The notes under the pieces were generated by a model. The model saw nothing but the letters and a program-made list of their open reading frames with translations, did no database searches and was not told where the DNA came from. Below are positions 1-10,366 of a DNA stretch of 52,498 nucleotides, one piece after another. Location of the stretch: NCBI GenBank assembly GCA_044356725.1, contig JBIKVS010000007.1:1-52498 (forward strand). The letters run 5' to 3'. Origin of the DNA: Minisyncoccia bacterium. Its GTDB lineage: Bacteria > Patescibacteriota > Minisyncoccia > SW-4-49-11. A program made the position numbers and the translations under genes. Numbering within the stretch: position 1 is the first letter of the stretch; the number at the start of each line of letters is the position of its first letter.

Positions 1-50
1 TTCCTTCGCTCGCAAGCTCTTCGCTTGCTTTAGCTATCGGAAAATTTGGA

Positions 51-86
51 CATTCATCCCCGCCCTTAAAAGGGCGGGGTTTTCTG
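51..86. mobile_element. IS200/IS605-family terminal hairpin (element end or MITE remnant)
   Basis: CATTCATCCCCGCCCT-TAAA-AGGGCGGGGTTTTCTG; perfect 9-bp stem 58-66/71-79 in a context typical of IS605/IS1341-type ends; no transposase inside the window. Confidence 0.55.
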
Positions 87-94
87 TCTTTTTA

Positions 95-146
95 ATAAAT
101 TTCAACCTTAAAACAATGTCTACGATGTTTATCATCTTTTTCATAG
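95..146 (+). repeat. Right end of the ~255-bp intergenic repeat family
   Basis: ATAAATTTCAACCTTAAAACAATGTCTACGATGTTTATCATCTTTTTCA matches 3375-3420, 14565-14615, 18583-18630 and 27738-27790. Confidence 0.85.
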
Positions 147-150
147 TTGT

Positions 151-1587
151 TTATACCAAAAACATTTGTATAGATTCTCTATTTTGTTCTGTAATATCAA
201 CCACTACAAAGTAATGTCCATCTACCTCGTCATCAAAGTAATTTTTTTGAATACGACTTATTATCTTATAAATATCTTTATCCTCCCCATTTAACATTCC
301 TGTCACTCCCCAAGTTAAAGCTGTATGGTAAAAATACTCTTTGTTCTCAGTTATTACAAAAACTGGAATTTCGGCTCTAAATTGAGACATATACTCAGCT
401 ATTCCTCTACCCTCTTTATCTATAACAATAATCCCATCTACTTCACTAGCTCTTGCCAAATGCTGTGCTCCATAAGCTAATTCTTTATATATATTCTTAG
501 AATCTTCCGTAGATATATACTCATCAAAAAAGTTATCATACGCTGATTCTTCAGTAGAAAGAATAATCTTCTGCATCATAGAGACTGCTTCTAATGGATA
601 GGCTCCTCCTGAGGTTTCTCCAGATAACATTACTGCATCTGTATGGTCAATTACAGCATTAGCTACATCTGATACTTCAGCCCGTGTTGGTCTGGGGTTT
701 CTAATCATTGAATCTAACATCTGAGTAGCTACTATAACTCTTTTACCTTTAAGCAGTGCAAGTTCAATAATATGCTTTTGAATAATTGGTACTTTTTCAG
801 CTTGTACCTCAATCCCTAAATCTCCTCTAGCCACCATTACTCCGTCTACCACTTCCATAATACTTTCAATCTGAGCTACTGCATCTGGCTTTTCAATTTT
901 AGCAATGACCAAAGGGTTAGAATTTTTATTAGGTTCTGATTCAATCAATCTTCTGAGCTCTTTTATATCATCGGCTGACCTGACAAAAGACATTGCAATA
1001 AAATCTACTCCTTGCTCTAAGCCAAATTTTAAATCAGATTTATCCTTCTCAGTTATTACAGGAAAATCAACTGAGCTTCCTGGGAAATTAACACCCTTTC
1101 TGCCCTTAATTTGAGAATTAGTTTTAGCCTCAGCAATAGTATAATGATTTTCTAAAACAGATTCCTTTACTAACAATTCAATCAAACCATCTTCTATTAA
1201 TATTGTCTCGCCTGGTTTCAAAATTGGACTCAAATCATGGTCAATTGGTAAAATTTTCACTCCATCAGCAAAATTATATTCATACTGACTATTAGTAATA
1301 TATACTACATCTCCAACTATAATATCTAAAGGAGTTTCGAGCGCTTCTACCCTCACTCTAGGACCTTGTAGATCTTGAAGGATAGCTACTGGCACAGCTA
1401 AATCTTGACGAACTTTTTTAATAGTATCAATCATTTGACTATATTCCTCATAACTTCCGTGAGAAAAATTAAGCCTAAAAACATTAGCTCCAGACTTGAT
1501 AAATTCTGTCAAAGATTCCTCAGTTGCTACTCTAGGGCTAAGAGTACTGACTATTTTTGTTCTTTTTAATGTATTAGATTTTATCAT
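151..1587 (-). CDS. pyk: Pyruvate kinase
   Basis: RTKIV, RLNFSHG, DLQGP, IAKIE, VMVARGDLG, ATQMLDSM, PTRAEVSDVANA and MLSGET motifs. Confidence 0.98.
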   Translation of the reverse strand: MIKSNTLKRTKIVSTLSPRVATEESLTEFIKSGANVFRLNFSHGSYEEYSQMIDTIKKVRQDLAVPVAILQDLQGPRVRVEALETPLDIIVGDVVYITNSQYEYNFADGVKILPIDHDLSPILKPGETILIEDGLIELLVKESVLENHYTIAEAKTNSQIKGRKGVNFPGSSVDFPVITEKDKSDLKFGLEQGVDFIAMSFVRSADDIKELRRLIESEPNKNSNPLVIAKIEKPDAVAQIESIMEVVDGVMVARGDLGIEVQAEKVPIIQKHIIELALLKGKRVIVATQMLDSMIRNPRPTRAEVSDVANAVIDHTDAVMLSGETSGGAYPLEAVSMMQKIILSTEESAYDNFFDEYISTEDSKNIYKELAYGAQHLARASEVDGIIVIDKEGRGIAEYMSQFRAEIPVFVITENKEYFYHTALTWGVTGMLNGEDKDIYKIISRIQKNYFDDEVDGHYFVVVDITEQNRESIQMFLV

Positions 1588-1601
1588 AATGATTATTTTA
1601 A

Positions 1602-2501
1602 TTACTTAATGTTAATTCCTCTTAAGGCTTGAATTCTCTTATCAGTTGGCGGATGAGTAGACATCCAATCCCTAACACCTCCGCCTTTGAAAGGATTAGA
1701 TATAAATAGATGAGCTGTAGCTCGATTAGCAACCTCTAAAGGTTCAGTGTCCTGACTAATTTTTTCTAAAGCACTAGCAAGACCCTCTGGATAACGAGTT
1801 AATAAAGCTCCACTAGCATCGGCTAAATATTCTCTTTTACGAGATATGGCAAAGTGTAATAATTGTACAAAAATAGGAGCTAAAATAGCCAATACAATCG
1901 CAACAATTCCTAAAATAAGACCTAAACTACTATTATCATCATTATTTTTTCTACCTCCACCCCAAAAGCTAATTCTTAGAAACCAGTCAGATAAAAGTGC
2001 TACCAGTCCCACTAAAACAACCGAGATTGTCTGAATCAAAGTATCTCTATTGCCAATATGGGATAATTCGTGAGCGATAACTCCCTCCAGTTCAACTTGT
2101 TCTAATCTATCGATTATACCTGTAGTAAGAGCGATAGCTGAGTGTTCTGGGTCTCTTCCAGTAGCAAAAGCATTCATAGCTGTATCTTGAATGATATATA
2201 GCTTTGGCACGGGAAGCCCAGCAGTAATAGCTAAGTTTTCAAGCAAACGGTATATTCTCTTACCCTCCGGAGTATCAGTATTTATAGGATGAGCATTAGA
2301 AATAGATAAGACTATACTATCAGAATACCAATAAGATATCACATTCATAAATAGACTGATAATCAAAGCCCAAACAAAAATCATCTGATTATCTAGAGTA
2401 TAGCTAAATACCCAAGCTATACCTACTACTACAGCTAAGAATATAATCATTAACATCCATGTTTTACGAATGTTCTTATCTTTCTGATCGTAAAGATTCA
2501 T
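1602..2501 (-). CDS. htpX: M48 zinc metalloprotease HtpX
   Basis: NAFATG, HELSH (HExxH), SRKREYLAD, STHPP; transmembrane helices; follows lemA. Confidence 0.96.
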   Translation of the reverse strand: MNLYDQKDKNIRKTWMLMIIFLAVVVGIAWVFSYTLDNQMIFVWALIISLFMNVISYWYSDSIVLSISNAHPINTDTPEGKRIYRLLENLAITAGLPVPKLYIIQDTAMNAFATGRDPEHSAIALTTGIIDRLEQVELEGVIAHELSHIGNRDTLIQTISVVLVGLVALLSDWFLRISFWGGGRKNNDDNSSLGLILGIVAIVLAILAPIFVQLLHFAISRKREYLADASGALLTRYPEGLASALEKISQDTEPLEVANRATAHLFISNPFKGGGVRDWMSTHPPTDKRIQALRGINIK

Positions 2502-2523
2502 ATTGTATAATTTAACAGTTTAC

Positions 2524-3081
2524 TTAGAATGAAACTTTTATATTTTCTTTTTCAGCTTCTGCAATCTCAAAGTATTCTTTTTTCTCAAATTTACCGATAG
2601 AAGCTACAACACTATCAGGGAAACTCTCAATTTTAGTATTAAGCGACATAACTACACTATTATAAAATCTTCTCGAAGCTTGAATTTTATTTTCAGTATC
2701 ACTAAGCTCTCTTTGTAGCTCAAGAAAATTTTCATTAGCTTTAAGTTCTGGATAATTCTCAGAAACAGCAAATAAACTTTTCAAGGTTCCAGACAACATA
2801 TTCTCAGCCTCAGCTTGCTCCTGTAGTCCGTGAGCTCCAATAGCTTGATTACGAGCTTTAGTTACTTCCTCAAAGACATTAGACTCATGAGTAGCATACC
2901 CTTTTACAGTTTCTACCAAATTAGGAATAAGGTCATATCTTCGCTTCAACTGCACATCAATATCTGACCAGGCCTCAGACACTTTCTGTTTTAAACCAAC
3001 CAAACTGTTATATACAGCTATACCATAAATAGCTAAGACAGCTACTACTCCTACAAAGATCCAAATTGTTAACATTTCCAT
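2524..3081 (-). CDS. lemA: LemA family protein
   Basis: AWSDIDVQLKRRYDLIPNLVETVKGY, ENYPELKAN, SRRFYN. Confidence 0.97.
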   Translation of the reverse strand: MEMLTIWIFVGVVAVLAIYGIAVYNSLVGLKQKVSEAWSDIDVQLKRRYDLIPNLVETVKGYATHESNVFEEVTKARNQAIGAHGLQEQAEAENMLSGTLKSLFAVSENYPELKANENFLELQRELSDTENKIQASRRFYNSVVMSLNTKIESFPDSVVASIGKFEKKEYFEIAEAEKENIKVSF

Positions 3082-3164
3082 ATATTTTATATTAAATTAA
3101 TACTTATAAAGGTCTACAATAATTATATAGCTAAAAGCAAAATAATACAAGAGAGTGTATGAGC

Positions 3165-3420
3165 TGAGGAGATCGTAGACAAATTGCAAAATAAAAAGTT
3201 AACGAATGGAAGGAACACATAGAGTATTATATAATTAACTGTCCTCCTTTGGAGGAGGTGGCACGAAGTGACGGTGGTGGATTGAGCTTAATATTATTAT
3301 AAACAAGTTTTTATTTTAGTATTCCAAAGTTTATCCACCATCCCCCTACGGGTACTCCCTCCAAAGGGAGACAAAATAAATCTCTAAAGTATTGTCTACA
3401 ACTTTTCTCATCTTTTTCAT
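3165..3420 (+). repeat. ~255-bp palindromic intergenic element, copy 1
   Basis: Internal CTGTCCTCCTTTGGAGGAGGTGGCACGAAGTGACGG and CCCCCTACGGGTACTCCCTCCAAAGGGAGACA modules; imperfect terminal inverted repeats 3165-3184 and 3391-3414; collinear with 18376-18630. Confidence 0.85.
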
Positions 3421-3429
3421 AGAAAATAT

Positions 3430-4149
3430 TTATTTAATAGGCACTTCCATTACTAATAAATCCGCATCTTGTTCAGATACAATATTCAATTGCTCATTTA
3501 TATCCCAAGCACCTACAGCATCTCTTGTTTGTAATTTAATATTATTATTGATTGTAATTTCCCCAGAGATTACAAAGATATAGACTCCAGTATTGGAATT
3601 ATGTAAATTATATTCTAGTTTTTTATCTTTTTCTAAAATACCACGATTAAACCAAGCGTCCTGATAAATACCAATCCCCTCTTCGCCACTATTTATTGGA
3701 GATATAATCTGAGTAAAGTTATTAATATTACTATTAATATCAAAATATTTATGCTCATATCTTGGGACTACATTCATTTTATTTGGAATTACCCAAATCT
3801 GCAATAATGTCAAATCAATATCAGGATGAGCATTATATTCACTATGAAATACTCCCGATCCAGCACTCATAACCTGTACATCCCCAGGTTTTGAGATAGC
3901 CACATTACCCATATTATCTTTATGTTCTAGCCCTCCGGATAAGGTAATAGTGATGATTTCCATATTATTGTGAGGATGAGCCCCAAAACCTTTACCTCCA
4001 GCAATTTTATCATCATTCAAAACCCTTAAAGCCCCAAACCCCATCTTATCCAGATTCATATATTCAGCAAAACTAAAGCTATAATTAGTCTTCAACCAAC
4101 CATAGTCAGCCGAACCTCTAGAATTTGATTTATGGATGTTATATTGCAT
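3430..4149 (-). CDS. Pirin family protein (YhhW-like)
   Basis: GWLKTNYSFSFA, FGALRVLNDD, GFGAHPHNNMEIIT, QVMSAGSGVFHSE, LLQIW. Confidence 0.96.
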   Translation of the reverse strand: MQYNIHKSNSRGSADYGWLKTNYSFSFAEYMNLDKMGFGALRVLNDDKIAGGKGFGAHPHNNMEIITITLSGGLEHKDNMGNVAISKPGDVQVMSAGSGVFHSEYNAHPDIDLTLLQIWVIPNKMNVVPRYEHKYFDINSNINNFTQIISPINSGEEGIGIYQDAWFNRGILEKDKKLEYNLHNSNTGVYIFVISGEITINNNIKLQTRDAVGAWDINEQLNIVSEQDADLLVMEVPIK

Positions 4150-4169
4150 ATAAGTCTATTATATCATAG

Positions 4170-4205
4170 AAAAAAGAGCTCTACCACAGCGGAGAGCCCT
4201 TTTTT
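4170..4205. terminator. Probable intrinsic terminator
   Basis: Imperfect GC-rich stem flanked by an A-tract and a T-tract (AAAAAGAGCTCT...AGAGCCCTTTTTT). Confidence 0.5.
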
Positions 4206-4208
4206 AAA

Positions 4209-4530
4209 TTAGCCGTCGATTGTCTTAAAATGTTCTGATTCCGTAATCAATGTATGAGCCTCCCAATAATTCATCCCTCCCAATACATCGCTGCTACCTG
4301 TAGAAATTATGTTTTTACTAATATTACTAAAGATAATATATTTACCATCAGGAATTAAATCTAATGCTGATTGATACCCCCTTCCAGCAAAACTTTGCAT
4401 GAGAGCAATATATATACTTTTCTTAATCTTCTCCCCAATCTTCCTGTTGATTTACCCATTCTTTGGCTCTGCGAAATGTCGTCATTCTATCTGGATTTAC
4501 GACTGGAAACATATCAGGATGAATAGTCAT
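4209..4530 (-). pseudogene. Possible frameshifted small hypothetical gene
   Basis: ATG at 4530 gives MTIHPDMFPVVNPDRMTTFRRAKEWVNQQEDWGED*; an overlapping frame continues ..IKKSIYIALMQSFAGRG.. to the stop at 4209. Confidence 0.3.
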
Positions 4531-4617
4531 AATGTCAATGGGAATATACCTATAACTTATATTATTTACCACATCAAGTCAAGAATAAGGAATTTCACAA
4601 AATGTGGATAATTGCAT

Positions 4618-4646
4618 TTGACAAAATTTTAATATAACTTTATAAT
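4618..4646 (+). promoter_or_regulatory. Consensus sigma70 promoter
   Basis: TTGACA (4618-4623), 17-nt spacer, TATAAT (4641-4646). Confidence 0.8.
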
Positions 4647-4652
4647 TAAATT

Positions 4653-4780
4653 ACAGATAGCCCAATCTACATTTTTCCACAATTCAATCATCAATATTCC
4701 CCCGTCCCGTCCTCTTCCTGGCTATCTCCCACCTTAATCCCTTTCAAACTCGTACACCTTGTGCGAGTCTTTCCTTTTTT
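4653..4780 (+). ncRNA. Candidate ~125-nt small RNA
   Basis: Lies between a perfect promoter and a hairpin plus U-tract (4748-4780); AGATAGCC (4655-4662) pairs with GGCTATCT (4720-4727); no ATG ORF on the + strand. Confidence 0.5.
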
Positions 4781-4829
4781 ATATTTAATATGTTATAATT
4801 ATATCTATAAATATTAAACACAATAAAAT

Positions 4830-5975
4830 ATGGAAAATCCCCAGCCAGTATCAAATATATCTACTCCTGCTCCAATCAAAAAAAGACTATTTCCTAAATT
4901 TCTAACCTCCGCTTGGTTTATTATTCTGACTACTATTATCTTATTTGCAATTTGGATTATAATTAGCATACAATCTGTAGCTAATGATTTTTTAGGAATG
5001 GGAGAAGGTTCTGCTGAAACTGGAGATTTGATTTATGAATACTATAAAGGAGATGAAGACTCAGATATTAAAGTAGCTAGATTAGAATTAAATGGCCCAA
5101 TTTCTAATAGCCTAGACACAAGTAGCCCTCTTTCTTTTATCTCCCCAGAGATGATTTATGGAAGATATGTAGCAGATAAATTAGACCAGTTAGCTAAAGA
5201 TGAAGATATAAAAGCTGTATTAATTGACCTTACTACCCCAGGAGGTGAAATTGGGGCATCAGCCAATATCGCAGATGCTATTGAGGCTTATCAAAATAAA
5301 ACCAATAAGAAAGTTTATATTTTTATCAATGAATTATCCGCCTCAGGTGGAGCTTGGGCATCAGCTCCAGCATCAACCATTATAGCTAATCCAACCGCAA
5401 TAGTTGGAAGCATAGGAGTGGCAGGAGGATATGCCCCTAAATTTAGTAATGTTAATTCCTATTCCGAAGGAATTTTAGGAGCTTCAATCAGTGGGGATGT
5501 AGCCTTTACACCAATTTATAGAGGAAAATGTAAACAACCAGAAAATCAGCTCAATATCTCAGAGGAGTATATTAAAGAATGTATTGATCCAGATGTAGAT
5601 GCAATTTACAATACTTTTGTCAATCATATCAGTAAATATAATAATATATCCGAAGATACAATTAAGAATGAAATAGGAGCTAGAGTATTCCTCGCTAACT
5701 CAGAAGAAGCTACTAAATATGGTTTAGTTGATAAGGTAGGGAATGAGGACTTTGCTATAGAATTAATTCAACAAGAAATTGGACAAGGCAATACTATTCA
5801 AATTGCAAATATAACAGAATATACCGGCGGACTATTAGATATATTATTTGGCCCAATTTTTTATAAAGATAAAACTAAACTAAGTTTAGCCCACACCTAT
5901 TTTTGCCAAGCTAATACTCCCCTATTACTTTATGGAGATATAACTCAAATTCGAGGTAGTATTTGTGGGGAGTAG
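4830..5975 (+). CDS. sppA: S49 signal peptide peptidase SppA-like protein
   Basis: N-terminal TM helix; DLTTPGGE, SASGG and VGSIGV motifs. Confidence 0.85.
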   Translation: MENPQPVSNISTPAPIKKRLFPKFLTSAWFIILTTIILFAIWIIISIQSVANDFLGMGEGSAETGDLIYEYYKGDEDSDIKVARLELNGPISNSLDTSSPLSFISPEMIYGRYVADKLDQLAKDEDIKAVLIDLTTPGGEIGASANIADAIEAYQNKTNKKVYIFINELSASGGAWASAPASTIIANPTAIVGSIGVAGGYAPKFSNVNSYSEGILGASISGDVAFTPIYRGKCKQPENQLNISEEYIKECIDPDVDAIYNTFVNHISKYNNISEDTIKNEIGARVFLANSEEATKYGLVDKVGNEDFAIELIQQEIGQGNTIQIANITEYTGGLLDILFGPIFYKDKTKLSLAHTYFCQANTPLLLYGDITQIRGSICGE

Positions 5976-5981
5976 GATATT

Positions 5982-6875
5982 ATGCTTAAAGTTTCAAAAC
6001 TAAACAAATACTTTGGATCTAGTCATATAACTAAGAATATATCCTTTCATATCAATCCAGGTGATATATTCGGACTATTAGGACCAAATGGAGCTGGAAA
6101 AACTACATTACTTAGAATGATTACTGGTATATATTCATATGATTCTGGAAGCATCACCTGGAAGGATAAATCAATTTCATTAGAATCATCTAATATTATA
6201 GGATATTTACCAGAAGAACATGGGCTTTATCCTAAAATGAAAATCACAGATATTTTATTATATTTTGCTGAAGTAAAAGGTATATATAAATCTCCAGTAT
6301 TATTGAACGAGATAGAACAGTATTTAAAAAGATTTGGTATATATGAAGATAGAAATAAGAGAATTAATCAAATCTCAAAAGGAATGCAACAAAAAGTTCA
6401 AATTATAGCAACAATTATACACTCACCAGAACTAATAATCTTAGATGAACCATTTAGTGGACTTGATCCCGTAAACTCTAGAGTACTAAAAGAATTGATG
6501 CTAGAATTAGCCCAAAAAGGTAAAACTATTATTTTCTCAACCCATAGGATGGAACAGGTCGAGGAATTATGTAAAAATATTATTCTACTTAATCATGGGC
6601 AAGAAGTTTTATCTGGAAATATTGAAGAAATTAAGTTATCCTATCGCAATCAAACCTATTTTCTCAAAGTTAAAGATGATTTACCAGATAAAATATCTGG
6701 GGAAATTATATCAAAAGATAAAAATTCTGTACTTTTTAAAAATAAAAATACTGCTGAAGTTACAAATTTTATTCAGAATACTTTATCGGAATATGATGTT
6801 TTAGAGTTTAAAGAAGTACTCCCAACAATGGATGATATATTTATAAAAGTAATACAAGAAAACACTAAAATATAA
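5982..6875 (+). CDS. ABC-2 exporter ATP-binding subunit (NatA/YhaQ-like)
   Basis: GPNGAGKTT, ISKGMQQK, LDEPFSGLDP, STH. Confidence 0.96.
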   Translation: MLKVSKLNKYFGSSHITKNISFHINPGDIFGLLGPNGAGKTTLLRMITGIYSYDSGSITWKDKSISLESSNIIGYLPEEHGLYPKMKITDILLYFAEVKGIYKSPVLLNEIEQYLKRFGIYEDRNKRINQISKGMQQKVQIIATIIHSPELIILDEPFSGLDPVNSRVLKELMLELAQKGKTIIFSTHRMEQVEELCKNIILLNHGQEVLSGNIEEIKLSYRNQTYFLKVKDDLPDKISGEIISKDKNSVLFKNKNTAEVTNFIQNTLSEYDVLEFKEVLPTMDDIFIKVIQENTKI

Positions 6876-6879
6876 AAAT

Positions 6880-8169
6880 ATGAATAAGTTTTTAATAGTT
6901 TTCAAAAGAGAATATTTAGCCAGTATTAAGAACAGATTTTTTTGGATAGCAACTCTAATTGTACCAATTATAATTCTACTTATTACCTTCACTCCTATTA
7001 TAATATCCCTATTTGATACAAAACCAACAGTAAGAATACTTTTAGTAAATTCAGAGCGATATCTTAAAGCTGATGAATTAAATAAATTTAATAGAGATAA
7101 TATAGAATTTACATTCAGCACTAATGCAATAGAAAATCCACAAAATTTATTAAAAGATTCAGATAATTTAGATGCATTAATAGACTTCAACACTATAAAT
7201 CCATCAGAGAATAACTATGATATAGTTGTTTTGTCAAAAGAAGTACTTGGTTTTTCCCAAGAAACTATGCTCACAGAATTTATAGTACAATTAATGCAAG
7301 ATATCCGTATCAAGCAAGAAAAAATTCCTACTGATCAAGCATTGAGACTAAATCAACCCATATACCCTAAATTTACAACAGTAGAATCTGAGACAGCATC
7401 ATCATTCACAGCATTTTTTATAGCTTATGGGGCGGTATTTCTAATGTATTTTTTAATAATATTTTATAGTTCTAGAATTATCACCAGCATTCAAGAGGAA
7501 AAAAAGAATCGTGTTGTAGAAATTCTTTTGTCTTCTATGAATACATCCGAATTATTGTTTGGTAAAATATTTGGAACATTAGCTATAGGAGCAACTCAAA
7601 TATTATTATGGCTTATTATATCTATTATCTCCTTACCTATATCAGGCATACTAATATCTCCTCTAATGACTAATATTGAAACTACAAATAATCTAGGAGA
7701 TAATACGAATAATTTAATTTGGGAACAAATACAAATTTTGAATAAAGATTTTAATATATTATTCATCTTTATAATGTTTTTAGTATTTTTATTTTTTGGA
7801 TTACTGCTATATTTAGGTATTTTTGCCTGTATAGCTGCAATTACAGATTCAGAAGCAGATGCTCAAAATCTATCCGTATTGGGATTTGCTCCAATTATAA
7901 TATCTCTATTGAGTATAAGTACAACTATTGATAACCCTAGTTCTAATATAACAACTATACTATCAATAATACCATTTACATCACCTATAAATATGTTGGC
8001 TAGAATTCCATTTAATGTGCCTATATGGGAATTACTGATATCTTTATTGCTTCTTATACTAACATCAATTATAACAATTTTATTTGCATCCAAAATCTAT
8101 AAAATAGGAATACTTTTATATGGAGAAAAATTATCCTGGAAACATATTAAAACCATATTTATAAAATAA
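6880..8169 (+). CDS. ABC-2 exporter permease (NatB/YhaP-like)
   Basis: KREY N-terminus, QEEKKNRVVEILLSS, LLFGKI, IPFTSP; multiple TM helices. Confidence 0.93.
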   Translation: MNKFLIVFKREYLASIKNRFFWIATLIVPIIILLITFTPIIISLFDTKPTVRILLVNSERYLKADELNKFNRDNIEFTFSTNAIENPQNLLKDSDNLDALIDFNTINPSENNYDIVVLSKEVLGFSQETMLTEFIVQLMQDIRIKQEKIPTDQALRLNQPIYPKFTTVESETASSFTAFFIAYGAVFLMYFLIIFYSSRIITSIQEEKKNRVVEILLSSMNTSELLFGKIFGTLAIGATQILLWLIISIISLPISGILISPLMTNIETTNNLGDNTNNLIWEQIQILNKDFNILFIFIMFLVFLFFGLLLYLGIFACIAAITDSEADAQNLSVLGFAPIIISLLSISTTIDNPSSNITTILSIIPFTSPINMLARIPFNVPIWELLISLLLLILTSIITILFASKIYKIGILLYGEKLSWKHIKTIFIK

Positions 8170-8251
8170 AATACTAAAATCTTATACGATTATTTATTGC
8201 CTAAAATGATTAAAATTGGTATTATATAAATATAATGTAATAATTTATAGT

Positions 8252-8641
8252 ATGGCAAAAACTTGGCAACAAAAATTTGAATCTAAAAAAGAAGAGCAAA
8301 TAAAAAGATTAGACACTAATTTTGCTGATATGAAAGCTGGTGATTTAATGTTGATCTCAACTCCTCAAAAAATAGCAGATTATATAAACTCAATCCCGAA
8401 AAATGAGAATAGAGATCTCTCACAAATGAGAATTGATCTTGCTAAACAAGCTAAAGCAGATATTACTTGCCCAGTAACTAGTGGTATATTTACTAGGATA
8501 ATAGCAGAAAGAAGTCTAGAATTAATGGCAGAAGGCAAAGACCCAATTGCTCCTTTTTGGAAAGTAATAGACCCCAAAAGTTCACTGGCTAAAAAACTTT
8601 CTTGTGGACCTGAGTTGATTGAGAAATTAAGAAGAAATTAG
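8252..8641 (+). CDS. MGMT/ATL-like DNA-binding (alkyl-base-flipping-like) protein
   Basis: Likely ATG at 8252 (MAKTWQQK); INSIPK..TCPVTSGIF..PFWKVI resembles the Ogt/ATL C-terminal domain without the PCHR cysteine. Confidence 0.6.
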   Translation: MAKTWQQKFESKKEEQIKRLDTNFADMKAGDLMLISTPQKIADYINSIPKNENRDLSQMRIDLAKQAKADITCPVTSGIFTRIIAERSLELMAEGKDPIAPFWKVIDPKSSLAKKLSCGPELIEKLRRN

Positions 8642-8689
8642 AGGAAGCCTTTGCGGGAAATAGTTTTGATACTCAAATACAGTTTATAT

Positions 8690-9505
8690 TTACCCAAAAT
8701 CAATCTCTTCCATATTAGGAACAATAGCCGAATGTGCTTCTGGGATTGTATAAATATATTTACCATCCCCTGATAGTCTAAAAGTAGCTTGAGATATAGG
8801 TTCTATCTCAGGGTTAGTCCAGAAATCTCTTGTACCAAAATTATGATATTGTCCTTTTTGATACTCAATATTACCAAATGGTATAGTGGGGATCTTACTC
8901 TTTATATGCTCTCCCATAGGATGTTTTATTGTACCATCAGATGCAGTAACTGGATTAACTTGTGTATGCCAATTCCCAGCTATAATCAATGTATTCCCTT
9001 CCCCTAATCCATTTAATACATTTTGTGACATTGCTAAATCTCTCTCGTTCTCAGATGTATCCCTTCTTATATTTGGGTCAATATCTTGGTCAAATAGAAT
9101 AACTTAACCTAATAAACCTTCCTCTTTTAACTTTTTTAATAAAGCAAAATGTCCAGCAGTAATCCGACCATCTAGACTATCTTTAATATCCTCAAAATTT
9201 AGATTATCATTGACTAAAAACTCTCATAAAAATTCTCCAAGCTCACGTGAACTCCATTCCAAAGCTATATTATTAAACCCAAATTTTTTGAATAAAGTAT
9301 AGATTACATCTGGATTTTCTTTAACCCCATGCATCTCACCTAATATAAAAGCCTGCGTCTCAGCTAACTGTTGCCTGAGACCATTTGCAGCAGACTCATC
9401 AAAATCTGTCTCTATCTCCTGCAAATCATAACCCTCAATAGCCTGTATAAAATCATATTCCATTATCTCTGTTTCTGAAAATTGTCTAAATTCAAATCTT
9501 TCCAT
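8690..9505 (-). pseudogene. Erythromycin-esterase/ChaN-like gene with two in-frame stops
   Basis: ORFs 9224-9505 and 8690-9031 share a frame; TGA at 9224-9226 and TAA at 9104-9106; ILGEMHG, IALEW, ERDLAM and IAGNWH motifs. Confidence 0.7.
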
Positions 9506-9524
9506 ATTTTTAAAATAATTTATA

Positions 9525-10037
9525 TTAAATCAATAACTGTTCTTTTATAAATGCGCAGGTTTCTTCAATAGTTAAGTTTCCTGTATTAAGTACTTGTGAA
9601 TCTGGTCTATTTTCTATATATAGCTGTATATTGTGCCAAAATTCAATCACCTTATCCGGAGTTAATAACCCACCCTCTCTAAAACCTCTTTCTTTAGCTC
9701 TTTTAATTAAGGTATCTTTATCAGAGTTTAGTATAAACTCAAATATCTGAGAATTATGTTTTTGTCCAATTCGTACGATTTTTTCTATAAATTCAATATC
9801 TGTGATTACCGCATCAATTATAATCTCATTACATGTTTGTAAATAATTGTCTATTACTCATAATGCTAAATTACGGACTAACTCTCTACTTTCTATACGA
9901 TTTTCTCTATAATGACTTATATATCTTCTTTGCTCATCTATTGAAAGCAAAAAAGACAATGGGAGATCCTGATGCACCATACGAGAAATTGTACTCTTAC
10001 CTATTCCTGTCGGTCCATTGATAATTATTATTTTCAT
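9525..10037 (-). pseudogene. P-loop nucleotide-kinase-like (AAA_33-type) gene with one in-frame TGA; absent from the ORF track
   Basis: MKIIIINGPTGIGKST...NLAL*VIDNYL...IIIDAV...LIKRAKERG...EQLLI*; TGA at 9858-9860. Confidence 0.8.
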
Positions 10038-10053
10038 ATTTTATATTCTAGAA

Positions 10054-10296
10054 TTAATATTTACTTATATTTTGAAATTTTTCATAACTTCCAATTTTAG
10101 CAAAATTAATTTCAAAATTAAAGTCATCTATTTTATCAATTCTAACAGAGTCAATACCTAAAACTTGTAACTTTTGATATGTCAAAATCTCACCTTCTTT
10201 AAGTTTTAATATATCTCTCAATATCCAATTACCTAATTCTTTATTTGAATATGACATAAGAGCTTTTCTATTATCTTGACATACTTTTGATTTCAT
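10054..10296 (-). pseudogene. C-terminal fragment of an NgoFVII-family restriction endonuclease
   Basis: KVCQDNRKALMS..NKELGNWILRDILKLKEGEILTY..L..LGIDSV resembles the NgoFVII-family C-terminus; N-terminal catalytic part is missing. Confidence 0.7.
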
Positions 10297-10366
10297 AGTC
10301 TTACCACTATTAGCAATTCCTTCTAAAATTATGATTTTGATTTTTTGTATTAGTATCTAAATTATT

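Noticed and set aside
8690-10037. TGA read-through (genetic code 25, TGA=Gly) to rescue two interrupted genes
   Set aside because: One gene also has an in-frame TAA, other genes in the window end in TGA (e.g. 12430-12432, 31624-31626), and long core genes have no internal TGA.
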